DNA of 33,876 nt, from IMG/VR virus record IMGVR_UViG_3300038393_001293, positions 1 to 33,876 of that record; one strand, given 5' to 3'. Numbering within the stretch: the stretch's first letter is position 1; the number at the start of each line of letters is the position of its first letter. A model generated the notes under the pieces. That model worked only from the letters and a program-made list of their open reading frames with translations, did no database searches and was not told the DNA's origin. Both the position numbers and the translations under genes were made by a program. Source of the stretch: a virus. Its lineage: Duplodnaviria > Caudoviricetes. Below are positions 7,891 through 14,218 of this stretch, in pieces.

Positions 7891-7958
7891 ACGACATATA
7901 ACGACATTAGACGACATTCACAAGGGGGCTTGTTGCGTTTTGTCGTGTGAATTATTTT
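7891..7958. promoter_or_regulatory. Divergent promoter pair with three ACGACAT repeats (10-bp period) plus an inverted pair
   Basis: Minus strand TTGTGA-N17-TATATG (7923-7895); plus strand TTGTTG-N17-TATTTT (7930-7958); ACGACAT at 7891, 7901, 7911. Confidence 0.7.
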
Positions 7959-7964
7959 TAGGGA

Positions 7965-8456
7965 ATGTCCGTCCTAGCCCTAAAGAACCTAGACGACCGC
8001 CAGCGGGCGTTTGTCAGCAACTACGTTCGTACAGGTAACGCCCGGCTCGCGGCTAAGCTGGCCGGTTATGCGACGCCTGTAGAAGATGCGCGACGATTGC
8101 GACATTTGCCGACAATTCAGTCAGCCATTGCCGCAGAGGCGCGCCGGTGGTTGCTGACGACCGCCGGGCCGAAAGCGCTGAATTTCATGTATTCGGTCAT
8201 GATCGACCCCAAGGCGGAGACAAAGCTTCGCGTCGCGTGCGCGAAGACCCTCGCAGACCGCTCCGGCTTCATAGCTCCAAAGGCTTCAAATCCCGACACA
8301 ATCGACGGCAAGAGCGTAAGCGAGATGACACGCGAGGAACTGGTCGAAGCAAGCCAGCGCTACGCCAAGGAGCTGTCCGACCGCGCCGTCGTCGTGATAG
8401 ATAACGCGCCACCCTTGGCACGCATAGACCCGGAAGTCGTTGATATCCTTAGTTAG
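7965..8456 (+). CDS. terS: Terminase small subunit
   Basis: LDDRQRAFVSNYVRTGNARLAAKLAGY is a Terminase_2-type HTH N-terminus. Confidence 0.82.
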   Translation: MSVLALKNLDDRQRAFVSNYVRTGNARLAAKLAGYATPVEDARRLRHLPTIQSAIAAEARRWLLTTAGPKALNFMYSVMIDPKAETKLRVACAKTLADRSGFIAPKASNPDTIDGKSVSEMTREELVEASQRYAKELSDRAVVVIDNAPPLARIDPEVVDILS

Positions 8457-8599
8457 TTACCGCCGTGCAAAGGCGGAGGCCAGGCGGGTAAGGGCTGCGC
8501 CGGCGCGGCCGATCCGACCCCCTGGGGGTGCCCTCGGCGCCGCGTATCCGACATGCGGCACCTGCTTCGGCTAAAAATTCCTGATTTGAGAATTCCGGC

Positions 8600-8628
8600 T
8601 GGACAAGACAAAACACGACAGGCAGACT
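8600..8628 (+). promoter_or_regulatory. Putative promoter with a CGACA box in the spacer
   Basis: TGGACA-N17(AGACAAAACACGACAGG)-CAGACT. Confidence 0.5.
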
Positions 8629-8635
8629 TCGCATC

Positions 8636-8716
8636 GCTTTGAGGCACACCGCCTACGTGTTCATTGGATTTCCAAACTCGAAAGCCCGGAGCGGTCAAAC
8701 TGCTCCGGGCATTTTT
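8636..8716 (+). ncRNA. Candidate structured sRNA or attenuated leader (about 80 nt)
   Basis: Lies between a predicted promoter and terminator; closing stem GCTTTGAG/CTCGAAAGC with two inner hairpins. Confidence 0.45.
8684..8716 (+). terminator. Intrinsic terminator
   Basis: 11-bp stem GCCCGGAGCGG/CTGCTCCGGGC followed by ATTTTT. Confidence 0.75.
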
Positions 8717-8728
8717 CTAGAGGCATCG

Positions 8729-8800
8729 GTGCTGATCCTGATCGTCGCTTTCTTGCTGATCGCTGCCGCGGCGGATATGGCTCCGCCCGCTGCCCCATGA
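8729..8800 (+). CDS. Hydrophobic micropeptide, 23 aa (MLILIVAFLLIAAAADMAPPAAP)
   Basis: GAGG RBS, GTG start, ATGA overlap with the TPR gene. Confidence 0.4.
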   Translation: MLILIVAFLLIAAAADMAPPAAP

Positions 8801-9444
8801 TCCCCGACCCAGCCCTTCTGCACGCCCAAGGCCGGCACGCCGAAGCGCTCGAGGTCTATCAGCTCTACGCGCTGGACATCAAAACCAACTACCGCATCCA
8901 CTACAACATCGCGGTCGAACTCCGCGCGCTCCGGCGCCACCACGAAGCGCTGCAAAGCCTGACCACCTATCTGCGTTACGAGCCGACCGACTTTATGGCG
9001 TGGACCAACGCGGCCGACAGCCTGCGCGAACTCGGCAACCACCAGGCGGCGCTGGTCATGTTCCGCGAGGCACTGGCCCATGCGCCTGACGCCAAGTCCA
9101 AAGCCCGGGCGTATAACAACCTCACGCGCGTCCTGTGGTCGACCGGCCCGTTCGATGAGGCGTACCGCTGCGCCAAAGCTGCGGTCGAGCTTGATCCCAC
9201 CGAGCCGATGTACATGATGAGCCTGGGCGAACTGCACTTCATCGCCGGCGAGTACGCGAAGGGGTGGGTGGCCTATGACGCACGCATGGCCGCGATGGCC
9301 AAGGAAGCGCTCGAGGGACCCACCGGCGATATCGCTGAAGGCTGGCGCCGCGCGCTCGGCGGTGGAACATCCACCCAACTCGGCGCTTTCCCGCTTGACG
9401 ACAAAACGCGACAAGCCGATTATGCAGGTGTAGCGTCGCTGTGA
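8797..9444 (+). CDS. Tetratricopeptide repeat protein, probably C-terminally truncated
   Basis: About 4-5 TPR units (HYNIAVEL, AWTNAADSL, AYNNLTRVL, AVELDP), ending in GEYAKGWVAYDAR. Confidence 0.8.
   Translation: MIPDPALLHAQGRHAEALEVYQLYALDIKTNYRIHYNIAVELRALRRHHEALQSLTTYLRYEPTDFMAWTNAADSLRELGNHQAALVMFREALAHAPDAKSKARAYNNLTRVLWSTGPFDEAYRCAKAAVELDPTEPMYMMSLGELHFIAGEYAKGWVAYDARMAAMAKEALEGPTGDIAEGWRRALGGGTSTQLGAFPLDDKTRQADYAGVASL
9395..9423 (+). promoter_or_regulatory. Putative promoter with tandem CGACA boxes
   Basis: TTGACG-N17(ACAAAACGCGACAAGCC)-GATTAT. Confidence 0.55.
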
Positions 9445-9546
9445 AGGTTACCCCCGCCTCCCGACGCTGATCCTGGGCAGCGTTCACCCCGTGCGCCCAC
9501 AGACCGCCCGGCACCGCCTCCCCCGCGGGCCGGGCGGTCGCATTTT
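9430..9546 (+). ncRNA. Candidate three-hairpin sRNA with C-rich anti-SD-like loops (cuckoo/alpha-r14-like architecture)
   Basis: SL1 AGCGTCG/CGACGCT, SL2 TGGGC/GCCCA, SL3 GACCGCCCGGC/GCCGGGCGGTC plus T tail; loops contain ACCCC, CACCC and CTCCCCC. Confidence 0.65.
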
Positions 9547-9554
9547 GTGATGCA

Positions 9555-9584
9555 GACAAAACACGACAGTGTTATTCTCCGCGC
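9555..9584 (+). promoter_or_regulatory. Extended -10 promoter with CGACA box; predicted leaderless transcript
   Basis: GACAAAACACGACA, then TG-T-TATTCT ending 6 nt before the ATG at 9585; no SD sequence. Confidence 0.55.
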
Positions 9585-10754
9585 ATGACTGACTCGCCGA
9601 CCGCATACACGCCCTCGACGTCGTTTGGCAGTTTCAACCCGAGTGCGCTCCCGAATATGGGGCTGAACCTGGATGTGGAGCTGGACAACGTCGCGACGGC
9701 GCTGACCGAGACGCAGGACCGCCTGGCCGAGATCCAGCGCGACGATGGCGCATTGGCCAATGATTCCGTGGGCCCGGATCAGCTGCAGAACAGTGTGTTC
9801 GCGGGGATCAATACGCCCGCGGCCTGGGTGGCGGATACCGCCTACGGCGTCCGCGACAGCGTCTACTTCGTCACTTCGACGTATTCGAAATGGTACAAGT
9901 GCATCGTCGCGCACACCGCCGGCGTCTTCGCGGACGATCTGAGCGCCGGGTACTGGGAACTGATCCTCAACACGGACATCCAGGCCGTCGACGATGCGCA
10001 GGCCGCTGCCGAGGCTGCACAGGCCGCTGCCGAAGCCGCGGAGGCTGCCGCAGCGACCTCCGCCAGTGCCGCCGCGACGTCGGCGAGCAACGCGTCCACC
10101 TCCGCCAGTGCCGCCGCGACGTCCGCGACCAGCGCAGCGGCTTCCGCAGCAAGCGTCGTGGCACTCAAGGGCACCAGCACCACCTCGCTGACCCCGACGG
10201 TCGGTAGCAACGTGTTTACGACGCAAAGCGGCCTTGGTTTCACCGTCAACCAGTGGGTCTTGGCGGCGAGCGATTCCGCGCCCGCGGTGTATGTGCATGG
10301 CCAGGTCGCGAGCTATTCCGGAACGACGCTGACGATTACCGGTGTCGATATCGGCACGGCTTCAGCGAAGGCCGATTGGACGATCACAGTCAGCGGCACC
10401 CAGGGCGCGACCGGCGCCGCAGGTGCGGCCGCGGATGCGAACGAAACGGCCGCGCTGGCAGGCACGGTTACCGCGGATATCGGCAGCGGCGTCACGACGA
10501 CCATGACGGCCAACCGTCGCTACCGGATCACCGCGGACGGGACCGCGAAGTTGTCAACCCTGACGGCGGGCCAGTGGAACATCGTCGAGTTTGGCGCCTC
10601 CACGGGTACGACCCAGACCGTCGACCGCAATGCGCAGACGGTTGACGGGGCGTCGGCCAACGACACCTGCACCACCTACGGGCCAATCGTCCTTTACAAC
10701 TGCACTGGCACGGGCGCGGTGCGTTCCAAGATCATCGGGTATCTGCCGTCATGA
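9585..10754 (+). CDS. Tail fibre-like protein 1
   Basis: N-terminus IQRDDGALAN, carbohydrate-binding-like W..TAY...YKC..AHT module, Ala/Ser/Thr stalk, Thr/Gly-rich beta C-terminus. Confidence 0.8.
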   Translation: MTDSPTAYTPSTSFGSFNPSALPNMGLNLDVELDNVATALTETQDRLAEIQRDDGALANDSVGPDQLQNSVFAGINTPAAWVADTAYGVRDSVYFVTSTYSKWYKCIVAHTAGVFADDLSAGYWELILNTDIQAVDDAQAAAEAAQAAAEAAEAAAATSASAAATSASNASTSASAAATSATSAAASAASVVALKGTSTTSLTPTVGSNVFTTQSGLGFTVNQWVLAASDSAPAVYVHGQVASYSGTTLTITGVDIGTASAKADWTITVSGTQGATGAAGAAADANETAALAGTVTADIGSGVTTTMTANRRYRITADGTAKLSTLTAGQWNIVEFGASTGTTQTVDRNAQTVDGASANDTCTTYGPIVLYNCTGTGAVRSKIIGYLPS

Positions 10755-11398
10755 GTATTGAAAGCAAATTTGGCATCGGCTCGAGCGGGGGCGTTCATTT
10801 CAAAGATCCACGCGAGATGTGGAAGCTTATTGCTTCGTCGACTGCCGTCCAAAACTTGGGGTCGTCGACGACCGCGAGCACCGCCGCTGTGTCCGGGTTT
10901 TTTACGGAAATGGCGATTCGGGGCCTCGCTGACGACACCAATTGGTCCGCGGACATTTACAAGACTCTGCTTTCCGTCAGCAGCGGCGCGGGCTTGGTAT
11001 CGCACGTTGTTGGCCCGACGGGACTGGCGGGAACGCCGACGACCACGTTCGAGATCACGGTCGACGGGGCTCTTTACACGGTGCCGGTCGTCGCCACGAC
11101 GACGGGGCAGCGCGCGGTTCTCGGCCCGGTCATCAACGAACTGACCGAAGGTGGCGCGTTTACGACCGCCAAGAATTATGCGCTCGGCACGATATCCGTA
11201 AGCTCCGATAAGACCACCGATCGGCTGCTGAACACCTACTACGCCAACATTCCGGGGTGGGGCTTTATCCGAACGAGCGGCACGCCGTGCCTGGTGTTCC
11301 GGCAAAGCCTGCTCATCCGCGCGAAATCCTCCGAAGCGAATTCGACAACGACCAATCAGGAGCGGCAATCCGCCGTGCAATACAGGTTGTTCCAGTGA
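10751..11398 (+). CDS. Hypothetical Thr/Gly-rich protein, probably tail-associated
   Basis: ATGA-coupled to the tail fibre; beta-rich composition. Confidence 0.65.
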   Translation: MSIESKFGIGSSGGVHFKDPREMWKLIASSTAVQNLGSSTTASTAAVSGFFTEMAIRGLADDTNWSADIYKTLLSVSSGAGLVSHVVGPTGLAGTPTTTFEITVDGALYTVPVVATTTGQRAVLGPVINELTEGGAFTTAKNYALGTISVSSDKTTDRLLNTYYANIPGWGFIRTSGTPCLVFRQSLLIRAKSSEANSTTTNQERQSAVQYRLFQ

Positions 11399-11643
11399 CC
11401 TTAGTGGAAAAGCTAGACGGCTTCACGGCCGACGGAAAAGGCAACGTCATTGGGACGGAGGCCGATGTCTCTGACGGCGATGTTGTACGCATCGACGGCC
11501 GTATCGAGCAGCGATACCGCGCTCCGGCGCCGGTGGAGAGCGAGCCCGCGCCGGCACACGAGTATCCGTCCGATTTGGAGATCATCATGGCCCGGCTGGA
11601 TGTGCTGGATGAAAAGATCAACGCGCTGAGCAACCCCGCATGA
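11395..11643 (+). CDS. Hypothetical protein (82 aa, MTLVEKLDG...)
   Basis: GTGA/ATGA overlaps on both sides. Confidence 0.65.
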   Translation: MTLVEKLDGFTADGKGNVIGTEADVSDGDVVRIDGRIEQRYRAPAPVESEPAPAHEYPSDLEIIMARLDVLDEKINALSNPA

Positions 11644-11840
11644 GCGACCAGGTCAGCGCCGCGGTGGCTTTGTCCCGTATCGACGGGCACGAGAAAGTGT
11701 GTTCCGAGCGATACGCCGAGATCAAGGAATCCTTCGGTCGTGTTCATGGCCGCATCGACTGGATCCTTTACACAGCGATCGGGTCACTTCTGGCGAGCTG
11801 CGGCGGGCTGTTGTTTCTGGTCTTCGGCCACGGGAAATAG
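11640..11840 (+). CDS. Putative holin-like protein (coiled coil plus one C-terminal TM)
   Basis: HEKVCSERY followed by a hydrophobic tail; directly upstream of the endolysin. Confidence 0.6.
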   Translation: MSDQVSAAVALSRIDGHEKVCSERYAEIKESFGRVHGRIDWILYTAIGSLLASCGGLLFLVFGHGK

Positions 11841-11843
11841 TGC

Positions 11844-12500
11844 ATGACCGCGCGCGGTATCCGCAACAACAACCCCGGGAATATCCGCCGGACGGCCGAC
11901 AAGTGGCAGGGCATGGCCGCCGAGCAGCCGGACCCCGAGTTCGTGTCGTTCACGTCGCCGGAGTTCGGTATTCGCGCGCTGTGCCGCATCCTGCTGCGTT
12001 ACCAGGACCGCGGACTCGACACCGTCGGGGAGATTATCAAGACTTACGCGCCGCCCGGCGAGAATGACACGGGCGCCTATGTGAACGCGGTTTGCCGATC
12101 CACGGGCGTGCTTCCGGACGACAAGCTCGACCTCGACAGCGCCGCCGTGATGGCGCCGCTGGTGAAAGCGATAATCCGGCAGGAAACCGGTTCGTCGTAT
12201 CCGGACTCGGTCGTGATGGGCGGGCTGCGGCTCGCCGGTATCCACGACGCGGAGCCGAAGCCGCTGGCCGCCTCGCGCACCATGCAGGGCTCGACCGCGG
12301 CGACGGTGGGCGGCGGCGTGGCGCTGCTGTCGGAAGTTTCGCGGCAGGCGCAGGATGTACAGGACGCCATCGAGCCGGCGCTGAGCTTTGTCACCTGGCT
12401 GCATTCTTATGGCGTTTACATGGCGTTGGCGGTCGTGGTGATCGCCGGCGGATGGGTCGCGTGGTCGCGCTACAGCGATCGAAAGGCTCTCGGGCACTGA
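11844..12500 (+). CDS. Putative endolysin (NNPGNI lysozyme-like family) with C-terminal hydrophobic segments
   Basis: RGIRNNNPGNIR, GIRA, YAPPGENDT..Y, IIRQE; lies between holin and spanins. Confidence 0.8.
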   Translation: MTARGIRNNNPGNIRRTADKWQGMAAEQPDPEFVSFTSPEFGIRALCRILLRYQDRGLDTVGEIIKTYAPPGENDTGAYVNAVCRSTGVLPDDKLDLDSAAVMAPLVKAIIRQETGSSYPDSVVMGGLRLAGIHDAEPKPLAASRTMQGSTAATVGGGVALLSEVSRQAQDVQDAIEPALSFVTWLHSYGVYMALAVVVIAGGWVAWSRYSDRKALGH

Positions 12501-13015
12501 TGCCGACCTGGATTTCGCTCATCCCGTGGAAGCTCGTCGGCGTTGTCGTGTTGTGTCTGGCGATCTCCGGGCTTTGGTACCGCGGCGACCATTACATGAA
12601 GGCCGCCGCGAAGCTTGAGACGCAGCTGGACAGCGCCATTGAGGTGGCGAACGCGAATGCGGCGAATGCAGAGGCCGCGGCGAAGCGCGAGCAGGCCGTT
12701 CAGGTCGTGATTTCGAAGGGGGAGACGAAGAAACAAGCCATCCGGCGCAGTGCCGACGTGGTCCGAGGAGTGATTGCCGATGCCCCTGTCGAAGATGATG
12801 CGCCTCTTGCCCCTGTTCTGCGCGCTGAGCTTGACCGCTTGCCAGCACCGGACCCCGATAGTCCAGAAGGCCGCGCCGCGGACAGTCACCGTGCCGCTTT
12901 CCGTCCTGCTGCCGACGGAGGGGCCGATGCGCCCGCACGCCGGCGCGACGCAGAAGGACGCGGCGCTGGTGATCGAGGGCTTTCGGGAAGCGCTGAACTC
13001 CTGCAACGCCGATAA
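12500..13015 (+). CDS. Putative i-spanin (Rz-like)
   Basis: N-terminal TM plus coiled coil; TGATG overlap with the endolysin. Confidence 0.75.
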   Translation: MPTWISLIPWKLVGVVVLCLAISGLWYRGDHYMKAAAKLETQLDSAIEVANANAANAEAAAKREQAVQVVISKGETKKQAIRRSADVVRGVIADAPVEDDAPLAPVLRAELDRLPAPDPDSPEGRAADSHRAAFRPAADGGADAPARRRDAEGRGAGDRGLSGSAELLQRR

Positions 13016-13052
13016 GGCGACCATTCTTGAGATTTTTGGGCTTCTGAAATGA
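12795..13052 (+). CDS. Putative o-spanin lipoprotein (Rz1-like), overlapping Rz
   Basis: MMRLLPLFCALSLTA-C lipobox, Pro-rich middle, LNSCNADK end. Confidence 0.78.
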   Translation: MMRLLPLFCALSLTACQHRTPIVQKAAPRTVTVPLSVLLPTEGPMRPHAGATQKDAALVIEGFREALNSCNADKATILEIFGLLK

Positions 13053-14218
13053 CCGCGCTGAGCGCCTACACGCGCCAATACAACTTCCACAACTGGCAGG
13101 CCGCTTTCCCGACCGATCCGTTGCCGGGAACTTACGTCGATGTTGAGTTCGACGTGGTGAAAACCGTGCTCGACAGCCACGCGAGCGCGATCGACGACGT
13201 CCGGCGCGACGACGGGTCGCTGCAGAACGCAATCGTGACCGCGGATTCGCTGGATGAAAGCGCGCTGGCGCTGATCGGCGCCGGGAATTGGACGCCGCGG
13301 GGCGTCTGGGCGACCGCGACGGCGTACATTGTTGGGGATGTCGTGCGCCATGACGCCGCCGGCGTCACAACCACCTACGTTTGCGCGACAATTCACACCT
13401 CCGGCACGTTCGCGACCGATTATGCCGCCGAGTATTGGGTCGATTTGACCTCCGCGCGCGCCGCCGGGCTGATTTCCTACGACAATGCGACCTCCGGGCT
13501 CGCCGCCGACGACGTCCAAAGCGCGCTGGACGAAATTGAGGGCCGGATCGACGCCGGCGTACTGGCGGGCGAGGTCAAAGCTTATGCGGGCCTCACCGCG
13601 CCGAGCGGGTGGCTGCTTTGCTACGGCCAGGCGGTGTCGCGGACGACCTACGCGACCCTTTTGGCCGCGATTTCCGTGTCACAGAGCGGCGTTCGACAGA
13701 ACGGCAACCCCCAGATCACGGGTCTGGCCTCCACGACCGGTTTCGTGGCCGGAATGCCCGTGTCCGGCACCGGGATCCCGTCGTCGACCACGATTTTGAG
13801 CGTCGACAGCAGCACCGCGATCACGTTGTCGCAAAACGCCAGCTCCGGCGGCACCGCGACGGTGACTGTGGCGCCTTGGGGCGTCGGCGACGGCTCAACG
13901 ACGTTCAATATCCCCGATTTCCGCGGCCGCGCGCTGGTCGGGCGCGACGACATGGGCGGTTCGGCCGCATCGCGGGTCACATCCGCCACCTCCGGCATCG
14001 CCGCGACCCGTGTGGGCGCCGCCGGCGGCTTGCAGACCCTCATGGCGCACACCCACACCGTCGCGACCAAGGACAGCGGCACCTCCGGCACCACGGCTGC
14101 GGTGATGAAGGCGAATGCGGCGTCGGACGGCACGATTACGACGTCCAGCACCGGCACGGGCTCGTCGCACGGCAACATGCAGCCGTCGGCGGTTGTGAAC
14201 TGGATCATTAAGACCTGA
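13049..14218 (+). CDS. Tail fibre-like protein 2 with phage tail collar domain
   Basis: N-terminus paralogous to 9585; GEVKAYAG..APSGWLLCYGQAVSRTTY...GDGSTTFNIPDFRGR; ends MQPSAVVNWIIK. Confidence 0.85.
   Translation: MTALSAYTRQYNFHNWQAAFPTDPLPGTYVDVEFDVVKTVLDSHASAIDDVRRDDGSLQNAIVTADSLDESALALIGAGNWTPRGVWATATAYIVGDVVRHDAAGVTTTYVCATIHTSGTFATDYAAEYWVDLTSARAAGLISYDNATSGLAADDVQSALDEIEGRIDAGVLAGEVKAYAGLTAPSGWLLCYGQAVSRTTYATLLAAISVSQSGVRQNGNPQITGLASTTGFVAGMPVSGTGIPSSTTILSVDSSTAITLSQNASSGGTATVTVAPWGVGDGSTTFNIPDFRGRALVGRDDMGGSAASRVTSATSGIAATRVGAAGGLQTLMAHTHTVATKDSGTSGTTAAVMKANAASDGTITTSSTGTGSSHGNMQPSAVVNWIIKT

Noticed and set aside
8636-8685. Hammerhead ribozyme
   Set aside because: It has a three-way junction and CGAAA but lacks the CUGANGA core.
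10056-10123. 26-bp direct repeat (42-bp period) in tail fibre 1
   Set aside because: It encodes ordinary TSASAAATS stalk repeats common in tail fibres.
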